NCBI GenBank assembly: GCA_002633005.1
Contig: NMRA01000127.1
Location: forward strand, 1 to 64,000
DNA from: Phoronis australis
Lineage: Eukaryota > Animalia > Phoronida
Direction of reading: 5' to 3'
Length of the DNA: 64,000 bases
Below are positions 46,966 through 60,300 of this stretch, piece after piece (position 1 is the stretch's first letter; every line of letters begins with the position of its first letter). The position numbers were made by a program, and so were the translations under genes. Below the pieces are notes generated by a model, which worked only from the letters and a program-made list of their open reading frames with translations, did no database searches and had not been told where the DNA came from.

Positions 46966-47518
46966 CCTTGGTAATCAAATGGAATGAGGGCGACGATAGA
47001 AACGTTGGATAATAGACTTTTTCGTAATTACTTCCTGGGGTCTCGGATTTAATCTGTTTACTCGAAACTAGATATGAAAATTAATGAAAATGAAACATTC
47101 TGCGTACAACTCGCGTCGCTACAGAAAAAACTAAAGCCTTTCACATGACCCAATTGGACAAGAGCAACTAAGTTGACGGCGACAAAACGCAATTTCGTTC
47201 GTCCACTAACATTTTGAAACGCTGAGTATTTTTGTGTAAATCGTTTGAATACACGATCGAATAGTAGTGACAATTTGACGACTTGATGATCGCAAATACT
47301 GAGAGATGTTCAATACATGTTCATAAAATTCGCACCAACTCCCTATCGCTATATAGTTACAAGGAAAATTAGAACGTTTCGGGTCGGAAAGCCTTCCCCG
47401 GTTGCCAGCACGTTCAGCCCCTGTCATTACCAATTCTATTCACGGGTACTAAATAACTAAAACTAACTGACTTTTTCTTGCAATAGAACTAGCAGGTAGT
47501 GGATCCAGGTCTCTTACA

Positions 47519-49563
47519 GCCGGTTTCATGAAGGTGGCTTAAAGTTAAAGCTGGTTAAAAGTGGACCAGGTTTAGAGATAACCCGCATTTCATAAAGGTG
47601 GCTTAACTTTTAGACAAGTGGTCTAGTACAACCTGGTTTAACTCCAGTTTAAACCTGGTTTAAGCCACTTTTCATTTCACCACCATATATTTTGGTCATA
47701 CAAACTGAAAACAACAAATATATGTTTGATGCACTTGTCAAAATTTAAATCTGGTTACACGGTGAAAATCAATGTAATTTTTTTTTCTTACGTTAGTCTA
47801 CTTATTTCGTTCTATAGTTTCTTTTCTTTCAAAAGAAGAACTCTTTCCTTGAGGTCCATAATTTCCATCCTCCTGTGATACTCTTTGCGTCTCATTGTCA
47901 GAATTTCGCCAGGTATATCGTGGCTGTAATTGGAACGCCTAGAAGCCGAAACAAAATGTATCAATTGGATTGAAAGCCAAAGAGTGTCACGATGGTTGCT
48001 TCTGGTTGTAAATGTTTCATGAATCAATATACATGTGAGGAAAAATCATACAATACATCGATTTGCCGTTAATCATTTTTAGATCACGAAAAGTCAAAAA
48101 ATTAATTATGAATCGTTGGCACCAACCGAAACCTAACCACATTAATGGTCAATTTCCCTCAATGATTGGTTTATAATTATTCAATGTAAATCTATAATTT
48201 TTACAAACAAAGGGCCAATGAAATCTCAGTTGTCATATACATCATTCATGCCGCCGTGCTAAACAGCGGCGCCATATACAACGTTATTAAATTAAGACAA
48301 GTTTGTTTTTAATCGTTTATTTTATTAATTACATGCTGTACAAGTCCCGTTCATGCGAATTTGTCAAGGAAAATTGCGTTAAACATTTATGCGTCTTAAT
48401 TTGTTCTAATGCACAAAATTTCCCATAGTAAGGAAAATATTTCTGCAAGTATTTCCGCAAAAACGCCTTGCAAGAACGGAATTTACATGTCGGTTCATAC
48501 ACGAAAAAGACTGCCTACCTCGGGAGTTTGACGGATTTTCTGTCTCCATTGTGTTTCCGAGCACCAACATGGCTTCTCGAGCGCAATGGAGCTTGATGGC
48601 TTTGTGGCGTATCATGTGTACTCGTCCCTGGGTAGGGGGTCATATAGAAAATTTGTTGTTGGTTGCCACGTGGTGTACTCCGTGTACTCGAACCACACGC
48701 GGGACTCGAAATGGGAGACGGTGTCTGCTGTCTATTCCTTTCGCGGCTCGTCCCGTGTACAAGGCTCCGTGAGCGCATCTGGACTTGCTCTACCTGTAGC
48801 ACCTGAGTTTTTGTAGAACACATCGACTGTGACTGACCAGAAGACAGCACATTCAAATGTTGACCCTTACCTGTTGCAGTGTATCCCTCGGACTCCGTAG
48901 AGTCTGACTGGCCAAGCAGGGCGTCATCGTCGTCAGCGTCTCGGGCGGGACTGACGACGTCATCATCTAGGATCAAGTCTAACACCATCTGATTTTCCTG
49001 ACTAAGTTCCACCTACTTTGGTCCTCTACCAGTTTCCTTTACAGCTTTTTTCAGTGTTGAAAATTCCTTTTTGACCTTCACTTTTGAGCGTTTCCAAAAT
49101 CTTTTAACTGTTTATATTTACGTTTTTTCTGATTGCGGGAACTGTGCAGCCAGTCTGGACTCATTGTTTCTCCAAGCCTGTTGCTTTCGTTGACTTGTTT
49201 TGGCGTCATGTTTGTCCTACTCTATAACACCGATTTTTTTAATCAGTTCTGAGATGAAACCTTTTTCCTCAAGAGAAAAGTTTTCCAACCTTGTTCTACT
49301 CATTTTATTGGTGACAAATCAACCACGAAAATACGTCTGCAGTGCTGTCATTGATCGTGATCACAATTTCATTGAAGCACTTCAATAGTTTCACAGTGGG
49401 GTACATTGGATCCTTTAAACCTGGTTTTACTGAACCGCTCCCTGGTCTAACAAAACCAGGCTTTCTGACTTTTAAACCACGTTGGTGAAATTCAAATCAG
49501 GTCTAAAATTAGACCAGGTTTAGAAAGACCTGGTTTAAGTCAAACCACCTTGATGAAATCGGC
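47519..49563. mobile_element. Non-autonomous Harbinger-type transposon carrying a disrupted Myb/SANT gene
   Basis: TIRs GCCGGTTTCATGAAGGTGGCTTAA and TCAAACCACCTTGATGAAATCGGC. Subterminal AAACCAGG/CCTGGTTT repeats at both ends. No transposase is visible. Confidence 0.8.
47812..49303 (-). pseudogene. Disrupted Myb/SANT-like DNA-binding (Harbinger accessory) gene
   Basis: From ATG 49303: MSRTRLENFSLEEKGFISELIKKIGVIE*DKHDAKTSQRKQQAWRNNESRLAAQFP...KQLKD [frameshift] FWKRSKVKVKKE...ETGRGP, a Myb_DNA-bind_5-type domain. Then an acidic linker and a coiled-coil end (RRKEYHRRMEIMDLKERVLLLKEKKL). One nonsense codon and frameshifts. Confidence 0.75.
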
Positions 49564-50299
49564 CTGTGTTCTCTGAATATCATCACCCCTGCAATTGTAA
49601 TGAACTAATCCTGATTCTGTTCTGCACATCAAGCCTGTAAGCACTAGAAGAGTATGACTGTGAACTGTGAAGTGAGGGTTTTTGTAATCGAGAAAAGCCT
49701 CTGAATCCGAGAGTTCGTGTGAGCTAAACTCCAGGGTAATTTTATAATCATAGGAGCTGGAAAATGTTTGGGCCAGATGGGGGGGGGGGACTTAACAGCT
49801 CCTTGTGCAGTTGTGAAACGTTCTAGAAACAATTCCTAAGAGGGGTTCGGAGAACAGCGCATTAAGGTTACTGTCTGAAAGTTATAAGAATCAAAGCCAT
49901 TTCTGAGATGTGATGTTTTGAAGTTAAGTGTGGATTTTGTAGACTTTGTAAACTAAGACCATTTTTAGATGTTTTGGAGTTATGACATTACCATTTAAAG
50001 TTGAATTGGGCGCTGGTAGGGTAAAACAACAATTACCGTGGGATTCACACTCTGTCGAATGTCGATGTTTTAGATTTAATTTTGTGATCCTCACGAATAT
50101 CGTTGCACTTTTTGTTCGTTGTTTTGTGGTTATTCTACTGTCGTCGGAATGGAACCATTGGATGTTCGTCAAGATTTGTCGCGTGGAACTTTTCTCGAAC
50201 CCAAAAACAAAATGAGCCTGAGCAGCAATGAGTTCATTCCAATTCTCAGTGTCTGAAGTAGATAGACGTGAATGAAGTCGTGACCCTCATACGCTAAAG

Positions 50300-51200
50300 T
50301 AACAAGGATATCGCAAACTATGCATTAGCAAACCCTTCTCCTATAGATATCCATTCATCAAAGTTGGTCGAAGCATGGAGAGAGTTTCATAACGCGGGGA
50401 CCAATTACTCCCTTGCCTCAAGACATAGTGAAAAAGAAGAAAAGGTTCAAGTAGTGACACTCCCAAGGGCAACAGGAGACGATGGTCGAGATCTTTTCAA
50501 CACGTTCATTGTTTGGAAGAAAGCGAAGAGAAAATTGGGCCAATTTTGAACAAGTGTGTACTAGGTTATAGTGAGCCCAAAAAGAATGTCCCTTTTGAAA
50601 AATACCGTTTCAATAAACGTACTTAGGAATGTGGGAAGAACAAGACAAGGCTGCATTACGCAAACCAACTTAAGGGCATGTCCCGAAACAAAATTTTCCG
50701 TCGTTATACGTAATCCCGGAGTTCGAAAGAGACTACTACGCCAGACACCACGAAGTTGCGCTACAGAGTCCACGCATGCTCACTTGAAGATTGTCCGCGG
50801 AGATACAACTCAGGCAACAAAAAACAAATAAAGAGGTGCCTAAGTACGAACGAATGAGTATTCAACCAAAACCTCAGTAGTCAAAGCAGCTTTAAAGACT
50901 AAATGTAACCATAGTGTGGAAGCTTTGAAATTAGCTCACAAAACCAGACTATGTAAGTGCCTAGACCACTTTGCGGCTAAATGCCGTATCAAACTGAAGA
51001 TTCCTTTCAAGAAAATCAGTATCAAGGAACTGCCTCTTTTGACCACCTCGAGTGGCACTGGCTCATTGCAAGACAACGCATTACTCCGCGCTAAGAAAAT
51101 GACAAATTTCTACGTTTTCAATTCGCTACTGCAGCAGATACGACAGTCGGCGCGGTGTATTTGTTTGGGAAGGCGACAGGAGGTGAGGACTTAATGGCCA
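50300..51200 (+). mobile_element. Decayed Ty3/Gypsy LTR-retrotransposon gag fragment
   Basis: LVEAWREF...SEKEEKVQVVTL..ATGDDGRDLFNTF, EPKKNVPFEKYRFNKR and the zinc-knuckle remnant CKCLDHFAAKCR match invertebrate Gypsy gag patterns. Many frameshifts; LTRs not found. Confidence 0.65.
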
Positions 51201-52699
51201 AATTATCGCTCCCACTGGAAGCATATGGTGGCTTGCAAGTGCCAGTGGTAGACGAAACCATTTTACGAGTTAGGTGATACAGGCGACATCGCCGGGAAAA
51301 ACTGCACTACTATGGAGAGCTCACCAGGGCATTCACTTCTTTCTGAATGGGCATAGGTTGGTTTGAAGCTAATGTGGTATCTCGACAACGATGCCAAGAG
51401 TAAAACCGTCAAATCAACAAAACTGTCAATTTTTTATCTATGCTCAATCAGTGCATACTCTCCCTTATCAAAGGAAGCTGTACTTAAAGTTAGACGATTC
51501 AGTTGGAAGGCGAAGACAACATCAAGATTGACAAGATCACGAATCCAATACAACAGGCAGCAAGACGGGTGAACCGTAATCCCTTTAGCAGAGCCCCTCG
51601 GACGAAATTTGTTATCGTTGCTTTAATGGGCGAGCTAGTGAATGAACTCCACGGTGCATGTGATTCGTAAGAAGTAAAACTACTTCAAAAATTTCCTGGA
51701 TCAGAAAGATGCAAATAAGGCTGATCCTGTAAATACTGTAAAATGTCTACAGTCGGGGACATGGCAACATGGTTACACCATAGGCTACCAAAATATTTTC
51801 CACGTTAGACGCTGCACTTGGCTGTGGCACTGGAAGTATTCCGCGAAATACTCGAGAGCTAGCAGAAGGCCAACATGGCGCCGAAGTGCTGAGTGACGAT
51901 TTTCTTATCATTGAACGTGACCAAAGTGCCGAATGAGGATGACAGAATCATTTAAAACTATAGTCTTCCTTGAGTAAATTATTTAACGGTGTTGGAAAAA
52001 ATGGCGTTCCACCGTTATTCTGCTGCTAAAGTTGTGGAGCGATCTGTGTCGGCTTTCAGCGCCATAAAATATTGCGTCACCTAATGGCCAGTTTCTTTTT
52101 TCCCCGATTCTTCAATCTACTGTTCTTCTTTCACGAGGTTGCGTACACGTCACAACAAATTATCAGAACTGGTTTAATTTCATTATAAGTTTTTAGAATT
52201 TTGATACCAGCAAAGCGAATTTCAGAAGAAATTTTGCTGCCGGACAAGCTATCATAATCTCCCGAGAGCCGGGATGTCGCAAAACTTAGGAAATGTCGCG
52301 TGCTCGTGTCACAAGCGTATTGTTTTCGAAACGAAACGACGACATAACTTTTCTTTATTGAAAAGGCGGAGGATTATGCAAGGAAATGACGTTTATTAGA
52401 TTGTTTTCCACTTAAACGGCTGTAACGGGGCAAGGTGAGTGTCGTTTGATTCCCAAAATTTTGCATGCACCCCGTCCTGTCTTTAGCTCTACATGTTGAT
52501 ACAGGTTTCACGGCGTGGTGACGAGCAGAACTACCCTGGCTCTGCAATTTCGGGGTCTACGGAAGAAAAACACACAATGGTACCTAGATGTATTTTGACG
52601 ATAGTGTTCATACAGAAGCTGGCTGACTAGAAACAACGATGACTCCTGTCACGAGGTGATGCAATCTTCAACTCTGCAATTTGACATTTCAAAGAAAAT

Positions 52700-52903
52700 G
52701 GGGAACTAAAAAGAAACGGGGTACCACGTTCACAGCTATGAATTGTGCATTCGCACCTTTTTAGTGGACTTTTGTCTCGTTCACTCGGACTTTTTGTTTC
52801 TCTAAGGCCGGGACCTTTTTGCCCACTTCGCCAAATGGGGGGGGGGGGGNNNNNNNGGGGGGGGGGGGCTCATTCGATCCCCCCTTGGGTGCGTAGCTGC
52901 ATG
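52700..52903. mobile_element. CATG-ended MITE, family B, partial copy containing an N gap in its poly-G tract
   Basis: GAATTGTGCATTCGC...TTTAGTGGACTTTTGTCTCG...CACTTCGCCAAATGGGG matches the 57131 and 35514 copies. Confidence 0.65.
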
Positions 52904-54356
52904 AATGGTCAACACAAACCAGTGTTATTTTGGCTGAATAAACTACGCCATTCTTAGTTTGTCTTGCTTTGAAGATGACCGTTGTTGTTCTTCCAAAGCC
53001 GCAGTTGTTACGACAGCTTTAACTTATTCAAACAGGAGTGGTTTTCATTGTAGACTGAATTAGTTTGAGAGTATCAGTTGCACAGTTAACTTACATGTAC
53101 AACTCGTTCTCGCGCTTACCCTCGAAATATAAGACAGGACGATTTACGGGCTAAGAGCACAGGCATTAGGTTGCCTGCGTCGTCGTGTTGATATGTTCAT
53201 GAATACAGGAACAAACGTGGAGTTTTACCTTTTTAAACTGGGACGCCATTTTGTCTTGCGGCGTCATAGTTAAGCTTCCTTACTCAGCCCACTGGCAGTG
53301 GTTGCATGATCAGTCGCATGCCAGTTACATGATTTCCAATGAAAGGTCGTTTGCACAAATTTGCAGGTTTGACAGATTGGACATTATCCCACAACTTTGT
53401 GCAATATCCGTTAAAAGGGAAAGTATTTTAACACTTAACACAAACTAGCCAAAACCAACTTACAAAAAGTCACAATCTAGGTTTTTGCTCAATGAACAGT
53501 TCTGCACCAAATGACACGCGCTGCTGTTACGACATAGTAAAACCATAATTTGAACAACAGCTAATTGACCGTTAGAAGACTGATAACTCTAGATCGTATT
53601 GTTTCCGGATTAGTTTTTTAATAAAATGTTAATGAGAAACTGGAGTGTACACGGACACTGTAATATCCGAGATCAAAAAAAAAAAAACTTGGTCTAACGT
53701 GTTGCAAAAATACTAACAGAGTATATATTATTTATTTATTCGAACATTTGTCTAAAACGGTTACTATTACTAGTATTTTCCAAACGTTGGCAATCTGCTT
53801 TTCCACATATTCGATAGTCTGGGCCCACTCTCTCTAACTACAGTTTAAAACTAATTGTTATTGCGTTTTTTTTCGGCTATGTCTCACTACTTATACACAC
53901 GTAAAAGTAACAGTAACGAGTAACGAATAACGAGCAAAGTTCGATGAATATTAAGCTGTTTTGGGGATCGATTTACGTCCCTGTATTGGTTTCAGAAACC
54001 TTTGATATTTTGTGACAGCTGTTCAGGTGCAAACTAAAGTCAACCATCAAACGAGTCGTGTTTGTTTTACGTGAATTAGATTAAACTTTACGAGTCAAAC
54101 TTCGCTGGTAATGCGGGAGGTCGCTCAGTTAGACAAGAAATCAAATAATAGGCCACGCCTGGTTTGTACCAAAGAGGAATACATATGTTTAATAATCTTG
54201 TTAACAGCTTGCTGCCAGACATATATTTAATAAAAGAAGCGATAAATTTAAAAAAGCTTCACTGTCTTCGGCGCTTGGATACGGTCAGTCGTTTACACTT
54301 TAAACTTTTGTCTACTTTAGGAGTAGATTGAACATTCAGAACTGGGTAAGTTTTCA

Positions 54357-54489
54357 CATGGATGGCGCAGCACTGAAAAAAGTGGGGTTATAGCCCCCCT
54401 GTGGTGCACCGCCCATATATCATGGGCGGCACAGCACTGAAAATGTGGGGGGACTATAGCCCCCAGCCCCCTATGGTGCGCCGCCTATG
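54357..54489. mobile_element. CATG-ended MITE, family A, tandem pair
   Basis: Two complete units (about 54357-54416 and 54421-54489). Outer flanks TTTCA and TTTGA match at 4 of 5 positions. Confidence 0.75.
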
Positions 54490-55199
54490 TTTGAGTCCGC
54501 GAATAACGTTGCCTCTCGAAAGTGTTCAAGTTGAATGGTTGTGACTGACTGATTTCCACGTACAAGACACGAATTGTTGTGATTGCATAACCTCCAAGCT
54601 TCAGTTATTTCATCACTAATATGTTGTGAATACTACAGCGATTGCATTTGTTGCAGTATTTGTATCAACCATAATACAACAGAAACAGTAGCCTTGTGTG
54701 TAAATGCTTTTGAAAACATAGCTCAAGGACAAGTGTACTGTGTTTATAAACGTCTGGCTCTATTCCCTTGTCCACCATACCGATTAACATGTTAACGGAT
54801 CCTGCTTTGTTATCAATGACCAATTGATCTGGTGTTCCACCTAGGCTTTATCAAACCAGGATTGGACAAGTAAGATTTTCAGAGTGGGACAGTTGCGAAT
54901 GGTTTTAAGCAGTGAGACGCAAAACCATAAACTTTGACATATCGCTGTGCAGCTTGAGTTTTTGTTCCTATCTAAAACTGTTTTTGTCTGCATTTCTTAC
55001 AGCTGCTAAGAACTCAAGTTCTGTCGAAAAATATTTTTATTCAGTCCACGTATCGGACTGATCTGTTCAAAATTCCTTACTCATAAATGATTTCTGGGAT
55101 TGAGAAGAGACAATTAAGTATTGATTGAGCCGCACCGGGTTGGTCATGGTCTCCTTGAGGATGAAAGGACTATCGTCGACTGGATCAACAACTAAAGGA

Positions 55200-55245
55200 A
55201 TGGATGGATGGATGGATGGATGGATGGATGGATGGATGGATGGAT
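55200..55245. repeat. (TGGA)n microsatellite
   Basis: About 11 perfect TGGA units. Confidence 0.95.
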
Positions 55246-57130
55246 TAATGAAGTAGCCTTCGTCAGCAGTCCAGATTAAACGATCGGTTTGTTAAATTCT
55301 ATGATGTAGTGAATGTTTCGTAAAATCTCTCAACATACGAGGAAAATTCCTTAACAAAACCCTGTAATTCTAATATATCTTCCTTAACAAAACCTTGTAA
55401 TTCTAACATATCTGCTTATTAAAATTGCTAAAACAAAGGTTGAGGCCCTGTTGTACCCTCTGTACTGTTTCTTTCGCTGCCAGATAAGTAACTGCGGATT
55501 GATTACACTCAACATTCAAAATTTCAAAAATTGCGACAATATTTACAGCCTGTTTTTTGCTTGGCTTGTTCCTTTATGACGTAGTTACATACATGATGTC
55601 ATTAGATTTCAACGAAATCTACAGCATGGTTATGCATGTAAGAATCACAATGATGTTTTGTGTTTTCACACTTGTATAGTTTCTCTGCTAAGGAAAAGAG
55701 CAATTCGTAGGGTAAATTTCGATTGACCAAGCAAGTCACTTCTGCTGTTTGTCAACAGGACGCGTCCGGTTGTGCAAGGTAAGGCGGGCAGAAGTTCCAC
55801 TTTTCTACGAACTCGTCTTGATATTTTTAGACCATGAATATTCCTAAAAATAAGCATCATTTTGTTATCTGTTAAACTTGTGCCATGGCTAACAAGTGAG
55901 CTATCACAAAAGTGGTAAATTTCAACGTTAGCCGAAAACCTTCATCGACTGTAGAGTCTAGAGGAACCTCGCTTGCCCACACTTTTGCAATGATTCAGTA
56001 CAACGATAACTCAAACCGAAAACGAAATGTCTTTTATATTCTCTGCTACCACGGAAATCTATGATGGAAGACAATTCATTAAATAGCATTTTTTTCCGAG
56101 AAGATATGTAGCGAGTTCCATGAAATACTAATGATTTTTGTCGCCGAGGCACTTTTTATCTGAGGTGTTCTGGTTCAATTTTACCTGCTGACGCTCTGAC
56201 AAATTTATCCAGCTTATAACAACGAAACGAGATTCTGATATCATAGCATTTTAAAAAAAAGTTCAAATACAAAGAATTACCTAAAGCCTGCAAGAAGGGA
56301 ACTACACTTTACATGCAAGTCAGTCAAAATTACTTTGGTGTTCTGAAAGACAAACTTAATGCCGAAGTTTTCTGAAGATAGGTTCATCTTTAAATAGACT
56401 GTTTGGGCGCATGTAAGGGCGTATATTTAGGAAAATAATATACATGGTTGAATCCTTAATCTTTTCTTAGTTTCATACGGAATGGACTACAAAACTGTAA
56501 CCAAAGAAAATTTCCAATAATTAACTCCTACTTTATAGGGGCAAACTTGCATAGGCAACGACCCAATTTACGCGCCGGCTACAAATGAATGGATCTTTTT
56601 ATGGTGGGTGTTTGTTGTCCAAAATGTGTACGCACCCAATTAACTTGAAAGAAAACAACGAGTTTCTTTCATTTAATGAATAACTTGAGATAGGCATGAA
56701 AAACTACAAAATACTAAAATCAAGATGTTCTATTTTCATAAAGATGAATTTAATCACAGACTATCTATCAAGCGATTGGTAATTTAATTTGACCTAATTT
56801 GTTCTGTTTTTGTCACTTTTTAACATGAACAATTAACTAATTTGCTATGGTAGCCTATGTCCTAAGCAAGTACACAACTGACAGGCGGCAGCATCAAAAC
56901 GATTGCCTCAAGTTATTTGGGCGTTCGCATCTGCGTTCCATTAAGATTCCCCTGCTTGAAAGGGGTCACTTTATTGTAAGTGCGATCCGCACACCAACAG
57001 TATTGGAGGTGTGAAAGAGAGCCACACATGTTCTTTGAAAGCAGATTTTGATTTGTGTCCACCAATCAGATGGGGTCTTCAAACAGCTCCATCTGGATGG
57101 TAAAGTATAACTGGAATGATGGGTACATTT

Positions 57131-57390
57131 CATGCGCTCACCCAATCTAAAAATGGAGGGCTCAAATATTTGAGAATGGGGACCTTTTACTAAAAAACGG
57201 GGTACGTTCAGAGCTACGAATTGTGCATTCGCCAAATTTTGGTAGTTCCTGCCTTTTTAGTGGACTTTTGTCTCGTTGCTTACTTTTTCGAACTTATTGT
57301 TTCTCTGAGGCGAACCTTTTTCCCTACTTCGCCAAAATGGGCAGGGGGCTCGTTCGAGCCCTCCAAGCCCCCCTCCCCCGGGTGCGCGCA
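57131..57390. mobile_element. CATG-ended MITE, family B copy (inverted relative to 25543)
   Basis: CATGCGCTCACCC...GGGTGCGCGCA. The body is a near full-length reverse complement of 25543-25787. Confidence 0.75.
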
Positions 57391-60300
57391 CTTTGAGTAA
57401 AGCATCAGCTGGCTCGTATACGGGAAATTTCTGTGAGGCAGTTGTACATAGTTGGGTGGGAAACTTCACTTTATCGACTTTGTGCTTAATTTCATGAGCA
57501 TCTTCAAAATATTGAGAAAAAAATAAGGGCCCATAAAGATATAACAAGTTTGATCGCATCCGTTTGAAATTTGATCCACTATACAGAGTCTATAAAACTT
57601 CATAAAAGTCCATGAAATGCCAATAGGTCTCTCGACTGTGAGACTGGGAAACCCTCCATGTTATTTGCACACTGCTTGATTGACTATTAAATGGTCAACA
57701 AATCAATCCCAGTCACACTCAAATATTCGATACGCCAGTCAAGGACATACTAGCTCACTGTAACGTTGCCTACTTGGAACTGTACACAGGAATATGCTCC
57801 ACATCTATTTACCTTCAAGAACTCCTGACCTTTTATAACTCGTGATACCATTGATTTTTACTCCAGTTATCTATTAATCGTTGAAACTGTTCACGATTAT
57901 GATTAAGTCATCTGCCGCGCAAAATTGTTTTATTTCTCTGGCGGTAGCTATCCGCTTGACTTCAGGTTTCAATTCGCCCTGTTTAGCAGGCCAAAAACGA
58001 TTATCGAATGGGCCTTCTCTGCGGCGCTCGTAAAATCGGTCTTGTAACATCCCTTACCGTGATAGGACTGTATTTCCGTTACGCTATGGAATATTATGAG
58101 ACCGAATGCAGCTTTAATGGCACGTTTTATGTGAAAAAGCGTTATTGTCATTGGATGGTACTCTGGAATACTACAAAGTATATAACTAGGTCCCTCATTC
58201 CTTCTGTTGTATTTTAAATGAAAGATTTTTTTCAAAACACGTGTACAGCTAAGTCATTTGAAACCCTACCGATGCATTTTAGAAGCTTACATACTTATAC
58301 TCTCCTCTGTGAACTAACGTCAGAAAATGAACCAGCAAGTATGCCCACAATACCTTACTTCGAGAATGAAGTCGGGTTCACTTCAGTCACGTGCATGGGT
58401 ACAATTAGGTTTAATCAGGGTAAAGTTCAGTGACGGCACGACATCGATGGGACCTCACTAAAAAGCAAGACTTCGCGAGATTACGCGAGATATTGCCGTG
58501 AATTTAAATGAGAACACGTGATCTCGGCTACTGATTTTCTAGCCCCGAGCCAGCTACTTAACTCTGTTCAGTTTGATGCCCATAATTATATATTGGAGAA
58601 ATTAAGTTTTCAAAATGCGGGTAACTGATTATTACCGTTTACACGAGCATAACTACTAAACATTTTAAATCGGATTCATACAATCATTAATCAAAAGTTG
58701 TATTTTGCTCTGTGCAGTTGTCAGGGTGACAGAGTATTCAGTTCTTTGAGTTCTGTGATGGTATTATCGTTGTTCATCTTAGTCCGCACAATCTTCCTAA
58801 AATATAACCTAATCTTGTCACAAGACGTCACGAGTCGGTAGCTGTAGGTCAATCGGGGTAACTGGACTGATGCATTAACGGAAATGTCCATAGTTGTGTT
58901 GCATGATTGACATATTTTTAATAGAATTGCCTGTGCGCTTTTTTAGTGACCTTCAGGGTTGGCCAACTCCAACAAAATCGATTTCCCAATGCGTTTTCTT
59001 GGGTTTGGGTGTGTTCTTCTTGGTAACACAAAAGAACTCCTGTCATAATTATTCATTTACATGCTCGTGACAAATTGAAATTTACTTAAAAAGTGCATAG
59101 CTGTCATTTTAATCACATCACTGAAAATTTCTGTTCCTACAGGGCTGCTTCTCTGGCGTGAATTGTAACTCACTGTAAGAATCTGGAAGCTTAGACCACA
59201 AATTGTCCAATTATCACACCACGACACAAAGCCCCTGTGTCCAAATGCACAACAGACCAAGCAGACCTATTGGACTTGGGTCTGAGAAGCACTCAGATTT
59301 TAAGAAAAATGCTCAAATGTTGCAATACACCTACTGAAAAGTTAGTTAATTTGCGATAGAAAGTGCCCTCTGGTGTCCTCTTACCATGTTCAGTAGAACT
59401 GGAGCATCATACGCACAGCTTATCAGTGAAAGTTGACCAAATGATAACTGCAAACCTTTAAACACGTTTATCTCAGCTGATTATTTCACTGTAGTGGCAA
59501 TACGCTCAACTTTATTTCTCAGCTTTCTTTTGATCAAGTTTAAAAAAGAATGAAATCTATTACAAATGGCAGGGATAGGTTCTGTACTTGCCAAATCTCA
59601 AAATAAAGTACAAAAAACAGTATGTGACTATGGTTTTATGATCATAATTGTGAATTGGTGACTTAAATAAGACTATTGGAAAATTATGATATCTGTAACA
59701 GCATTTTTGGAAAAGTCATCAAGAAAATATTAGCTTGTTGGGAAAATTTAAATATGTTTTTGGTTACTAAAACAGTCATTCAAAAAAATCTGTTTACTTT
59801 TTCTTAAGTTGTGGGAAATATTTAAGACGACATATATTAAAGTTTACACATTTTAAAGAGGGACATAGAAAAGCAAACAGCGTATCTACCCCCTTAACGG
59901 AGTGAAATGGACCTTTGAATGGTTCAGCTAAAACTATTTAGCTGAAAGCTGCATTTTGCTCTGTTCAGCCGCTTTCATTTTAGACATATTTAGATTTCTG
60001 GGTACTTTACATTCGAATTCGTGTCCAGTGAATGGGTAAGTAAAGTTCTAAACATAGCACACAAGCCAGGGCAACGGAGAATATGTCATGGGTTTTTATG
60101 CAATGCAACTCCTAGCCACCTTCCTAAAATACCCTGTTAAACTCGTCACGTGAGCGGCATGACTCTGCCGGTGTTACATCAATTGGAGCCAGCAGTGTAG
60201 ACAATGTAACGTAGGGCGTTTTACGTGTGTGATCCGCCCGTCCTCATCATACATGTATAGGTTGACAGTGATTTCACGTCTCTATTTCACATCAGTTACC

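Noticed and set aside
52837-52868. Long G tract with Ns as a G-quadruplex or special element
   Set aside because: It is the variable poly-G tract of MITE family B with an assembly gap, so its length is unreliable.
57969-58433. Short hydrophobic ORFs (58008+, 58218+, 57969-)
   Set aside because: Mostly non-ATG or weak starts, no family motifs and no flanking splice signals. Consistent with random ORFs.
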